Part shown: one piece after another, positions 23,641-35,339 of the stretch
Layout: every line of letters starts with the position of its first letter
How positions within the stretch are numbered: the stretch's first letter is position 1
DNA from: Caecitellus pseudoparvulus
Lineage: Eukaryota; Protista; Bigyra: Bicosoecida
Reading direction: 5' to 3'
Assembly (NCBI GenBank): GCA_965644315.1
Contig: CBFFRQ010000076.1
Span: 116,319 to 180,318, forward strand
DNA length: 64,000 bases
Translations under genes and position numbers: made by a program
The notes under the pieces: generated by a model
What the model saw: only the letters and a program-made list of their open reading frames with translations
What the model was told of the DNA's origin: nothing
Database searches by the model: none

Positions 23641-26600
23641 TCAATACACGAACCCCCGCGAGTCAACGGACGCAACGTCGTCCTCAATAGCTGCTCCAAG
23701 GTGATCACCGTACTCTGTTGCGCCCAAGAACACCCTATCCACAAGTTCTTCACGATCCCTTTCGTGTTCAGGCCTAACATGTCGCTTTGAAGGCTTAGGA
23801 ACGGGCTTTGCCACAAACTGACGAGCACCCTCAGGCACGCCCACAAACTTGCTGTTCGCAAGCGTCGTCGACGGCGGCACATACCGGTCGCTCGGACGGG
23901 CGTCCTTGTGGTGCACATACGCACCACCCGCCGTCGTCGTCCCGTCCAACGGACCCGACGTCAAGTGCAGCTTGTCACGCGGCTTCACACGCTTGGCCGG
24001 CTCGCCGCCCCCCTTGTACGCGCCGTGGCTCTCAGGCTCCCCCTGCAGACCCACTGCAGACGGCTTCCACGGCACCTTGCCACGACCCGACGGCGGCGGC
24101 GCCACATGCCCGGGGAACTCGTCACGGCTCGTCGTGTCCCCGCGCAGCTCACCCCCCATGCCCAGCCCCGTCGTACCCAGCTCACTCCCACGCACACGCC
24201 GTGGCGTGCGGCCCTCACCAGGATCGCCACGGTACGCACGACCTGATGTCGTGCTCATGTCCGCGTGGCCCCCCTTCGGCAACGTGTGTGTCTCAGCCAG
24301 CGCATTCCGACGGCGCCCCGGCGCGTCACCCCGCAAGTCATCCGCGCCCTCCAAGTCACCCCCTGCATCACCATACGTCGTGCCCATCGGACCGCCACGA
24401 CCGCCGCCCAGCACGCCCGACAGACTCGGACCCTGCCCTGCACGACTGGGGTCACGCCGACCAGCACCGTCAGGCTCGTGGCCCGGGTAGCTCCGAGCGC
24501 TCTCAGGCACGCCCACAAACTTGCTGTTCGCGAGCGTCGTCGACGGCGGCACATACCGGTCGCTCGGACGGGCGTCCTTGTGGTGCACATACGCACCACC
24601 CGCCGTCGTCGTCCCGTCCAACGGACCCGACGTCAAGTGCAGCTTGTCACGCGGCTTCACACGCTTGGCCGGCTCGCCGCCCCCCTTGTACGCGCCGTGG
24701 CTCTCAGGCTCCCCCTGCAGACCCACCGCAGACGGCTTCCACGGCACCTTGCCACGACCCGACGGCGGCGGCGCCACATGCCCAGGGAACTCGTCACGGC
24801 TCGTCGTGTCCCCGCGCAGCTCACCCCCCATGCCCAGCCCCGTCGTACCCAGCTCACTCCCACGCACACGCCGTGGCGTGCGGCCCTCACCAGGATCGCC
24901 ACGGTACGCACGACCTGATGTCGTGCTCATGTCCGCGTGGCCCCCCTTCGGCAACGTGTGTGTCTCAGCCAGCGCATTCCGACGGCGCCCCGGCGCGTCA
25001 CCCCGCAAGTCATCCGCGCCCTCCAAATCACCCCCTGCATCACCATACGTCGTGCCCATCGGACCGCCACGACCGCCGCCCAGCACGCCCGACAGACTCG
25101 GACCCTGCCCTGCACGACTGGGGTCACGCCGACCAGCACCGTCAGGCTCGTGGCCCGGGTAGCTCCGAGCGCTCTCAGGCACACCCACAAACTTGCTGTT
25201 CGCAAGCGTCGTCGACGGCGGCACATACCGGTCGCTCGGACGGGCGTCCTTGTGGTGCACATACGCACCACCCGCCGTCGTCGTCCCGTCCAACGGACCC
25301 GACGTCAAGTGCAGCTTGTCACGCGGCTTCACACGCTTGGCCGGCTCGCCGCCCCCCTTGTACGCGCCGTGGCTCTCAGGCTCCCCCTGCAGACCCACCG
25401 CAGACGGCTTCCACGGCACCTTGCCACGACCCGACGGCGGCGGCGCCACATGCCCAGGGAACTCGTCACGGCTCGTCGTGTCCCCGCGCAGCTCACCCCC
25501 CATGCCCAGCCCCGTCGTACCCAGCTCACTCCCACGCACACGCCGTGGCGTGCGGCCCTCACCAGGATCGCCACGGTACGCACGACCTGATGTCGTGCTC
25601 ATGTCCGCGTGGCCCCCCTTCGGCAACGTGTGTGTCTCAGCCAGCGCATTCCGACGGCGCCCCGGCGCGTCACCCCGCAAGTCATCCGCGCCCTCCAAAT
25701 CACCCCCTGCATCACCATACGTCGTGCCCATCGGACCGCCACGACCGCCGCCCAGCACGCCCGACAGACTCGGACCCTGCCCTGCACGACTGGGGTCACG
25801 CCGACCAGCACCGTCAGGCTCGTGGCCCGGGTAGCTCCGAGCGCTCTCAGGCACACCCACAAACTTGCTGTTCGCAAGCGTCGTCGACGGCGGCACATAC
25901 CGGTCGCTCGGACGGGCGTCCTTGTGGTGCACATACGCACCACCCGCCGTCGTCGTCCCGTCCAACGGACCCGACGTCAAGTGCAGCTTGTCACGCGGCT
26001 TCACACGCTTGGCCGGCTCGCCGCCCCCCTTGTACGCGCCGTGGCTCTCAGGCTCCCCCTGCAGACCCACCGCAGACGGCTTCCACGGCACCTTGCCACG
26101 ACCCGACGGCGGCGGCGCCACATGCCCAGGGAACTCGTCACGGCTCGTCGTGTCCCCGCGCAGCTCACCCCCCATGCCCAGCCCCGTCGTACCCAGCTCA
26201 CTCCCACGCACACGCCGTGGCGTGCGGCCCTCACCAGGATCGCCACGGTACGCACGACCTGATGTCGTGCTCATGTCCGCGTGGCCCCCCTTCGGCAACG
26301 TGTGTGTCTCAGCCAGCGCATTCCGACGGCGCCCCGGCGCGTCACCCCGCAAGTCATCCGCGCCCTCCAAGTCACCCCCTGCATCACCATACGTCGTGCC
26401 CATCGGACCGCCACGACCGCCGCCCAGCACGCCCGACAGACTCGGACCCTGCCCTGCACGACTGGGGTCACGCCGACCAGCACCGTCAGGCTCGTGGCCC
26501 GGGTAGCTCCGAGCGCTCTCAGGCACACCCACAAACTTGCTGTTCGCAAGCGTCGTCGACGGCGGCACATACCGGTCGCTCGGACGGGCGTCCTTGTGGT

Positions 26601-28214
26601 GCACATACGCACCACCCGCCGTCGTCGTCCCGTCCAACGGACCCGACGTCAAGTGCAGCTTGTCACGCGGCTTCACACGCTTGGCCGGCTCGCCGCCCCC
26701 CTTGTACGCGCCGTGGCTCTCAGGCTCCCCCTGCAGACCCACCGCAGACGGCTTCCACGGCACCTTGCCACGACCCGACGGCGGCGGCGCCACATGCCCA
26801 GGGAACTCGTCACGGCTCGTCGTGTCCCCGCGCAGCTCACCCCCCATGCCCAGCCCCGTCGTACCCAGCTCACTCCCACGCACACGCCGTGGCGTGCGGC
26901 CCTCACCAGGATCGCCACGGTACGCACGACCTGATGTCGTGCTCATGTCCGCGTGGCCCCCCTTCGGCAACGTGTGTGTCTCAGCCAGCGCATTCCGACG
27001 GCGCCCCGGCGCGTCACCCCGCAAGTCATCCGCGCCCTCCAAATCACCCCCTGCATCACCATACGTCGTGCCCATCGGACCGCCACGACCGCCGCCCAGC
27101 ACGCCCGACAGACTCGGACCCTGCCCTGCACGACTGGGGTCACGCCGACCAGCACCGTCAGGCTCGTGGCCCGGGTAGCTCCGAGCGCTCTCAGGCACAC
27201 CCACAAACTTGCTGTTCGCAAGCGTCGTCGACGGCGGCACATACCGGTCGCTCGGACGGGCGTCCTTGTGGTGCACATACGCACCACCCGCCGTCGTCGT
27301 CCCGTCCAACGGACCCGACGTCAAGTGCAGCTTGTCACGCGGCTTCACACGCTTGGCCGGCTCGCCGCCCCCCTTGTACGCGCCGTGGCTCTCAGGCTCC
27401 CCCTGCAGACCCACCGCAGACGGCTTCCACGGCACCTTGCCACGACCCGACGGCGGCGGCGCCACATGCCCGGGGAACTCGTCACGGCTCGTCGTGTCCC
27501 CGCGCAGCTCACCCCCCATGCCCAGCCCCGTCGTACCCAGCTCACTGGGCCGCTTGTGTCGGGGAACTGGCTCAATGGTGTCTTTGCCTCGAGGTTTGTC
27601 GAAGGTCCCGAGCCCCATCTTGTTCCTTGCATGGTCAGCTTTCTTAGGAGTGTACTCTCGACGGTACTCTGACCTGTCCTCCTGCAGGCGCTCGCCGACT
27701 GGTGCAACAGCTGCACCTTTCTTTGCTTGTCGTTCACTGTAAGGGAACGCAAGGGGGGCTCTTGCGCGGTGTTGCATGTGGAAGTACGCCTTGCCATGCG
27801 CTGAGGGCTGTGGGCGCACGCGATGACGACCGAAAAACGGCTTCCGCTGGCGCCATAGGCGTCCGCTGCCACTTACGCCATGCGCTGTTTTGCCTGAGCC
27901 CGTGTGGTGCGAGGCTTTTGAGGGACATCACGGGCTTCGGGAATTTCCGGCAGGAAGTCTCGCCGCACACGTCGAAAGGTGTGGTTCTTGCCAACCAACA
28001 TACGCCGACTGGCAGCAGCGTCGCTCTGCGACAAGAGCTCCTGAGGCGTCTTGCCGCTCACACGCGTCGCATGCTTAAAGTTGGCCAGTGCCGATCTGAC
28101 TGATGACCTTGAACTGGCGATGGAGTCCGCGGTGCTTGGTCGGTGTGGAGCCACCGGCGCCATGGGCGCACCGGAGCTGCCTCCAGGCCGAGGGCTTGTG
28201 CTGGCGAAGGACAT
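23641..28214 (-). CDS. Large repeat protein (about 1477 aa), SAXO/FAM154/MAP6-like microtubule-binding protein (putative)
   Basis: Exon 1 28214..27877, intron 27876..27737 (GTAAGT...TTACAG, phase 2 restores frame), exon 2 27736..23641. Recurrent [LF]xGx[TP][TE]xxxx[YF] motifs every 33-43 aa resemble Mn motifs. Confidence 0.7.
23830..27546. repeat. Coding tandem repeat, 672-bp unit (224 aa), about 5.5 copies, near-identical
   Basis: Identical ORFs recur at 23849, 24521, 25193, 25865, 26537 and 27209 (period 672). I saw only about 5 variable positions among copies. Confidence 0.98.
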
Positions 28215-28424
28215 GGCGCCACCTTTGAAGAGACTTGAGCAGCAATTGCGGGCTGCGCACAGCGCAGTGGCGATGTAGATGCTACACAGGCATGGATTTT
28301 GCCCCCGGTGAATTCGTCACCTGCCCGAATTTGGGGCTGCATGGTGCTTGTGGACTCTCGGCGCCTGGCTCCCACACAGCGTGCACGTACACTCTCCAAG
28401 ACATGGCCTTCCCAGCCCAGCACA

Positions 28425-29679
28425 TTACCGATCAGAAGCAGGTGGCTGCAGATCGCTTGTGTCAGCGCCCTGCGTGTCACGTGCTGGGGCCAAGAGTGCC
28501 TCAAAATCGGCAGCCGTGAGCTTGTGCTCCTCGTTGCAGAATTGGCACGTGAGCGCTGGGAGGGGATCCTCTGCAGCCATGCTGACAAGCTCCTCAGCAG
28601 GTAGACGCCCAAGCTGAGTCACGAAGCCCTTCTTCGAGCAACGGCAGTAAAAGTCGAGGGGTGTCTGGGGGGTCAAGCCCGTCTGTGCACCCTCAAGCAC
28701 GGCCACTGCCTCTTCAGCGGACGAGGGGGCCGTGGAGCGGACACCTAGCGCGCCCTGGCTGACTCGCTTTCGGCCAAACTTGTCCTCCTCCAGCTCCAGC
28801 TCAGGCAACAAAGCCTGGGCGATGACAGGCAAGTCGTCGCCAGCGGCGTGACTTGCAGCCAAGCTCACGTTGCTTTGCTCCAAGGACGCTCGCACTCGCT
28901 GCAGCACCGCCTCATCACCTCCAGCTAGAAGCTGCACAAACACTCCGCCAACAAAGGCATGGGTGCCCACAGGGTCTCCCGGCACTGCCTCGACGTGCAC
29001 GGCACCAGCCGTCTGGTCACTCTGAGCAAGGAGGAAGTTCACGTCCCCGACGATGTCACCTACCACGCACGGAACCACACTCGTGCGGGGCTTCGCTTGG
29101 CCATACAGTACTTGGTGCACCTCCAGCTTGCCTCTGAACGCCTCCTGCACCCGGCTGCTGTCAGGGTTGGGACTTGGTAAGCCAAGTAGGCCGTCAAATT
29201 CCGCAGAGGATTCGACGCCCAGACCGACGGCAGAGCCATGGATGAAGCCTCGCACCTGAGACAGCAAACGGATAATGTAGTGCACGCCATGCCCCTCTCC
29301 AGCAGAGCACGCTGCGCAGTTCCTTTGCAGCACTCATGGCCAACAGCGCAACACGCACCTCTCCCACACGCATGCTTTCGGCACAGATGCGAGTGACGGG
29401 GGCGTCCTGTGCAAACGCTGAGAAGTCCATGATGACTCGTTCCTCACCCTTGTTGAAGCAGCTGAGCAGCATGCTGGACGCCAGTGCCTTGGCGTACAGT
29501 GCGGCAGCCTGGCTCTGGGCGACTTGGAAGCGGCTGGCTCCGGTGTTGACACAGCTGGTGCAGCGCAGCACAGCCAAGCGAACGTCTTTCGTGAACACCG
29601 TCAATGCACGATCGCGCTGCAAGACCATGGCTGCCTTCCTGGCCGCCGCTGTCACGCCTGAAGCGGCCTGAGCAGCCAT
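28425..29679 (-). CDS. hslO: Hsp33 (HslO) family redox-regulated chaperone
   Basis: GE|VRG, LAQSDQ, GGVFVQLL, C-terminal Zn switch YCRCS...TCQFCNE. One intron at about 29358..29257. Confidence 0.88.
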
Positions 29680-29988
29680 GGTGCCTGGTGGGCAGCAGCT
29701 ACACCAAGCAGCAACTCTGCCTGGGGGAGGGATGTGGGCTCGCGTGCTGGCTACGAACGGTGTGCACTTCACAGAGGCTGTCCACACGGCAGATCTCTTG
29801 CGTCAGTGTTTCCGACTTTGGCCGTGGGCGGCAAGTGACCGACTGTGCATTGCCTGCACGGGAGGTGCGCACCCTGGCGCAAGGCAGGCCAGTGAAGCAG
29901 ACGAGCAGCTGCAGGTGTACAAGTGTGTGCTGCAATGGAGCCACGGATACAGTGTGCATTAGACGCAGGTGCGTGCCAGCTGTGCAAT

Positions 29989-30416
29989 TCACTTGGACTT
30001 CGCTGCAGCATCAACCTGGCCCGCTGCGGATTGCAGGGAGACAGCAAAGACAGCAGACATGATGCCACTGATAACCATGACGAGTCCTGCAGGCATGAAC
30101 TTGCCGGAAGCCTGTGGCAAAGCATAAGAGGCGTGTGGGTGGTGTGCCGTGAGTGGACTCTCGTAAGCCAGTGCTGCCCACCCACCTTCCAGCGCGTGTA
30201 CATGATGAACGTCAGCATGAGCGCAATGACGGCATGTGTTGCACACAGGGCTGTCCTTTGAGATGGAAGGCTGGTCTTGGCCACCTCCACGCCAGCAATG
30301 GCCAGGCCAGACCCGACGCCAGCAACAGCGGAGATAACGCTGCCAGACTTGGCAAAGCCAATCACGCCTCCAATGATGAGGAGCCCCGCGTAGACGAAGG
30401 CGAAAGCCGGATGCAT
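29989..30416 (-). CDS. TMEM14 family small membrane protein
   Basis: YAGLLIIGGVIGFAKSGSVISAVAG, RWK|ASGKFMPAGL; one intron. Confidence 0.9.
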
Positions 30417-31506
30417 GCCTGAAACAAACTGCGGCTGGGTTTCCTGTTCAATGAAGTTCGCCAGGTGCTGCTGTGCGCAGGCAAAGAGTCAGGGCTGTGT
30501 GCGGCAGCTGGCGCTGATTCCTCGCAAGGGCAGCACGCTAGACAACGAGGAGGGCTTGGGATGGTGGATTACCACAAGAAGGTGAAGCAGATAAGTAGAA
30601 GTGTGTTCAGTTGACACTTGCCCCCCTGGCCACGAGCCGCGGCCTGGATCAGGGTGAACAGCTGCCGGCGCAGCAGGCACCACAAGTGCCCGCTGCCTTG
30701 CAGGCATCAGGAAAACAAGGCTCTGACCCTCTGCCACCCTGGATGCGGCCGTTCGCTGCGCCCGGACCCACATGCTGTCCATAGATGGGCCATGGTGCAC
30801 GCCCTTGCCCCACGCACGCCGTGAAACAAGTCGGAAAACTGACGCAGGCGGGTGCCGGGGCGTTTCAGGCGCGTTGGCAAGCAGAGCCACCGCCACGGTT
30901 GCAACGCAAACCAAGCGCACGTGCAGCACAAATCTCAACACCAGATGAGCATGCTGGTGCACTTGCTCTGTCTCTGCGCAAGGCCCAGCGCAACTTGCGA
31001 GCTCTTGGTCGCTGTTTGGCTACGAGCAGGCCTGGCATCTGGTTGCGGAATCTGGAGTTCACAGTCACACGACTTGCTTTTCACGAGCCGCTGACCTCCC
31101 GTTGGCAGCCGCTCCTCCCCCATTGTCAAGCCAAGAAATGTATGTAGCGGTGGTGGGACCTTGATCGTGCTGCCTGGCTGCCAAGCGACAGAGCCCGGCA
31201 TGTGCTCTCACTGACAACAGCAGGTGTGCCTTGCAGCCTTTTTGCCGGGAGGCACAGGTTCCCCGGCAGTCTGCCTGTGCAGTCGTCGGAGCGCATTCAC
31301 ATGCCTGATGCCCTGAAACATGCGCTTCTCAGTCACTGCACCCTCCACTTCTCCCTGCCTGCCCCACCCGCCGCAGGTCTTCTCGCCCCATGTCTGCTGG
31401 TGTTGCTGCCACCTCCAGCAGCACTGCGCTCGCTGGGGAGACGCCTCTGCACGGCAGGGGCAGCGAGTGCCTCCGGGACTATCGCCACCGCTGCCTCGTA
31501 GTGGAC

Positions 31507-33155
31507 ATGCCGCGTGCCGTTGAGCTGGGCAAGAGCGTTCTGGGGGCGAACCCCCTGCCTGCACTGGACGGCAACGTCGCCAACAATACCAACGAAGCCA
31601 TTCTGGCTGAGTTCAACATCCAGTGCTCAAGTCCCATGGTACCCATCGGCAACGACCAGCTGCGTTGCTGCATGGCGCTGGATTTGCCGCAGCCGGTCAT
31701 TCACCACCTCGACTCGTGCCTGGCTATGCTGGGGCAGGACTGTGCCGGTGCCCAGCAGGACTTGGTGCACCTTATCCTCGCCCCCACGCTGGTGGATGTG
31801 GGGGGGTACCCCGTCGTGGAGTTCCACGACCACCCGGAGTTGCCTGAGAACATGGAGGCTGTGCAGCCAGGTGCGTCGTCCAGCGTGCCCCCCGCTCTCC
31901 ACGCGCGAACACTCACTGCACGCATTGCCCCGCCGCTCTCGCCACAGTCGTGTCTATCGTGTACGTCCCCGCCTCCGGCCCGGGTAAGGGCGAACCCATC
32001 GTCGTGCAGCACGATGTGACCAAGCGAGAGCGCGGGGAGCGCCTGCTGCAGAAGGGCACCATTTCCCACACAACGCTGCTGCAACGCGTGCACGCGGCCG
32101 TCTCCCCCACCGGCGCGCCCCTGCCAGAAGGCGCGGCATATGTCTTGCTCTCAGCTGAGCACCTCCCTCTCACGTCCCAGTATGCGTTTTTTCCCATGCG
32201 CCTGCTGTGGTCCGTCGCCGTGCAGCCGCGCCACCTGGGCAAGTCTGCTGCAGAAGCCATGGGTGCGCCCCCCGGTGTGTTCCAGTGGGTCACTGACCGC
32301 TTCACCGTGACCAAGCGCCAGGGCAAGTACAAAGCGTATGAACTCAGCCATCGAGCGCCAGCGGTGCGCATGCCTGCCTTGCCCACTGCCATGAGCGTCA
32401 TGTGGCCAGCCACGGCGTTTCCGCAGTCTCTCCTTGCCGATGCACCCGCATATACCCGAGGCCTGTCCGCTGGCGCGTACGCTGCACTGTTTGCCGCTGA
32501 GAACCCGAGTTTACTGGTGCATGTGCGGGGGGGAGGGGCCATCCCCCCTCCTCCCATGCGCATGACCAGCAGTGTGTCAGGTCGAGGAGGGGGGGCGCCA
32601 ACCCCGCCAGGACCCCTGTCGCCCCGCCAGTACCCCCCACCACCACCACCCCCCAGCAAGGCATCCAGCACAGACACTCGCCCCCCGCGACGGGGCAAGC
32701 GCCCACGCAGCGAGTCACAGGATGGCGCAGCTGATGCGTTGCTGGCGCTCATGACGGTGACCACGCCGACGCCGGGTTCAGATGGCACCGGCGGTGCCAA
32801 AGTGCCCCGTGGAAGTCTACCGGCGACTTCTCCGTCATCGTCGATGAGTGGCCAGGGCGGGGGTTGGCCCTCTGCGTCGCCCCCCGCCATGCAAGAGCAC
32901 TGGGCCACTGCGCAGCCCCAGCACCTGCCAGCGCCACTGCTGAGCATGCCACCCGCCGGCACAGCCCAGTCAGCTGCCATGCAGCGCTCATTTGGGAGTG
33001 GCCCCAGTGCACCAGGGCAGTCCTGGGGGCCCAGCCACGAGGCGGCCGTCGCAGTGCTGCGAAACGCATCAGCTTCCCCACAGGCCGTTGCGGCGCCTGC
33101 CCACACCGTGGCGGCTGCAGGGGCTGGCGGTGGCGGGGGCAGGCGCCGCCGGTGA
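31507..33155 (+). CDS. Hypothetical protein: globular N-terminal domain, Pro/Ser-rich tail with NLS-like RRGKRPR
   Basis: Two long frames joined by intron 31871..31948 (GTGCGT...CACAG, phase 1); coding-like composition; no family recognised. Confidence 0.65.
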
Positions 33156-33171
33156 GGTGGGTGCTGGGCGC

Positions 33172-33179
33172 AATGCATT
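33172..33179. terminator. Palindromic AATGCATT, candidate bidirectional 3'-end/polyadenylation signal
   Basis: Lies in the 23-nt gap between two convergent stop codons (touching the ALKBH1 stop); AATGCA recurs after many other stops. Confidence 0.45.
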
Positions 33180-34716
33180 CAGTGTTTGAGGTCTGTGTGG
33201 CTGGGCGCAGTGCTGTGGCCGGCGTCCGGCATGACCTGGCGCACGTTCATGTTTAGGCGGTGGTGCCGCACCCAATGCTGCAGTGCTGCACGCTCAGCAT
33301 CCTCGCTACAAGAGCCAGCAAACAGCTCTCGCGGGGCTGTGCCTGGCAGCATACAAGCAACGCCGTGGTAGCACAGCCGCGTGACACCACCCATGAACAG
33401 GACATCTCCTGAGCGCAACAGCAGCGGCAAGGGTGGCGTTGCCTTGTCCTCGCCACCCATGAGGAAGATGCCACCGCAGCCCACCGACAAGCCGATGACA
33501 GGGTGGTCGTATGTGCGCTCTGCGATGTCTTGGTGTCCGCCCATGGAGGCTGTGAGCTTGTAGTAGTTCACAATGCCGGCTTCGGCACGCAGCGTTTCGC
33601 CCACGGCACTGGCGGCAGTTTCTCCAAACGTGACGACAGCTGCGTCCATCGGCACGAACTGCGCTGCCGACACATCATCAGCCTTGGCTTCGGCGTGCCC
33701 TTCACTGCCGGCACTGCTGGCAGGGGGCAACGGGTACTGCCTGCTGCCCCAATCGTACTGCCACCCCAATGTCGCCCACGAGACATCGTCAATCAAGCCG
33801 CCAGTTCGAGGCGTCTCGCTTGCATCGTCCATCGGCACTGTGGAGGTAGCGTCCAGCGTCTTGCTGTGCCATGCGACATACCCAGGCCACAACCCACTGA
33901 CAGGGGCGGCTGAAGGAGTTCCCTCATCACACCTGCTGGCTTTGAGGCCGTGTGCGATGTCCAAATTCCGACGGTTGGGACGGCGCAAGAAGTCCTGCAG
34001 GGCGCGCCTGGTCCAGTATTCTTGTTGGGCAGTAGACAGCGCGCCTGGGGCGAAGAACAGGCCTGGCAAATGCCGAAGGGCGTACACGCCACCGCGAGGT
34101 ATGAAGTGCTCAGGAGAGGCGCTGTCTCCGGCAGGCTGGGCGGGCGGGCTGACCTGCTCGATGGCACTGCCAAGCTCGGCAAGGCAAGGGGGCGTGTGCA
34201 GTGGGTGGTGAAAGTCCACGCAAGACTGGAGCAGGCTGCGCACAGTGTCACCCGCCTGCCCCACGGGCGTTGTGGGCCACTGGCTGTCGCTGGGGAGCTT
34301 GCGCGGCCCCAAGTCCAGGTGAATCGATTGAGCACGCAGGATGACGCCCATCACATGGAACAACTTCTCTGTGCTTCGATAGGGCGAATGGGACTCTGCA
34401 CAGCCGACGAGGGGAGTGGCGAGAGTGAGTGCGAAGCAATTTCCGCACATTTCGCCTTGGCCGTCTCACCATCCAGCTGCAGGCGGTCCTGGTCCAGCGC
34501 ACACAGAATAGCCTTGTGCACTGCATCCTGTGGTGCGTTGCCTAGCGCCTTCCGTCCCCCTTCGCAGCGCACTTTTCGCTGCTTTGGCCGGAGCTTGCGC
34601 AGGAGTTCCCGCAGCTCCTTCAGCACAGCATCAGCTGGGCGGCCCGGCTCCAAGATGGCCGCCAGAGCCGCCTCAGCAGCAGTGACGGGGTCCTCACCTT
34701 GGGTGTATGCAGCCAT
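33179..34716 (-). CDS. ALKBH1: AlkB-family 2OG-Fe(II) dioxygenase, ALKBH1-like
   Basis: WATLGWQYDW, AEAGIVNYY, MGGHQD (HxD), LLLRSGDVLFMGG, YHGV, RLNMNVRQ. Intron about 34468..34397 links the MAAYTQ exon. Confidence 0.9.
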
Positions 34717-35339
34717 GGCGAAGCACGGAGGGCTTCTCAACGGCACGGGTCCGCAGCGCCAGAGCCCGCTGCAGTGTCTGGCGCAGCACAGTCCAAGGGC
34801 GCAGAATGAAGCTCCTAGTGAGTGCAGGGGCGCGAGCTGCTCACCACAAGCTTTGCCTGTTGAAGCATTTCCCCGGTAAGAGAGGATGTGAATTCCGGAA
34901 ATTGGCCCCCGTCTACGTCAGACTTGCAAGGACATGCATGGAAACAGCGTACAGCAGGCTGCCGCAGACGCACCTCAAACTGTCCAAATCCAAACACAGC
35001 CAGCGGCAATTATTGCAAAACATCTTCGATTGTGTGATTTGCATCGCTCTGAACCCCTCCACACTCAACCACTTCTATCTGTGCTGCCGCACGGCTGTGG
35101 GTTCCTTCATTGCGCCCGGCCCCGTGTGGGCCAGCTTTGCGTTGGTGCCCACATCTGGCAAACGTCCCTGCTTGCCCACCTTGCCAGCAACACGGAATCC
35201 CCGCTGCCCCGCTCCCCTGCCACCCCATTGTCAGGAATGGATGCCACTCATATGAATCTGGAAGGTGAGCTGTGCCGCCCATTGGCGCACTGAAGGTGTG
35301 ACACCAGAAACGCCCGGCACGCCTTGTGCAGTGGAGGAC

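Noticed and set aside
23830-27546. Repeat as CRISPR array, satellite or transposon
   Set aside because: No spacers or terminal repeats; unit length is a multiple of 3 within a spliced ORF with unique flanks.
23808-27647. 1279-aa + strand ORF across the tandem repeat
   Set aside because: Antisense shadow: one stop-free unit is propagated by the repeat, and copy differences are non-synonymous here but synonymous on the minus strand.
30500-31500. Possible snoRNA or other ncRNA in the long intergenic region
   Set aside because: No convincing C/D or H/ACA box pair or tRNA fold found by eye; an Rfam/Infernal scan would be decisive.
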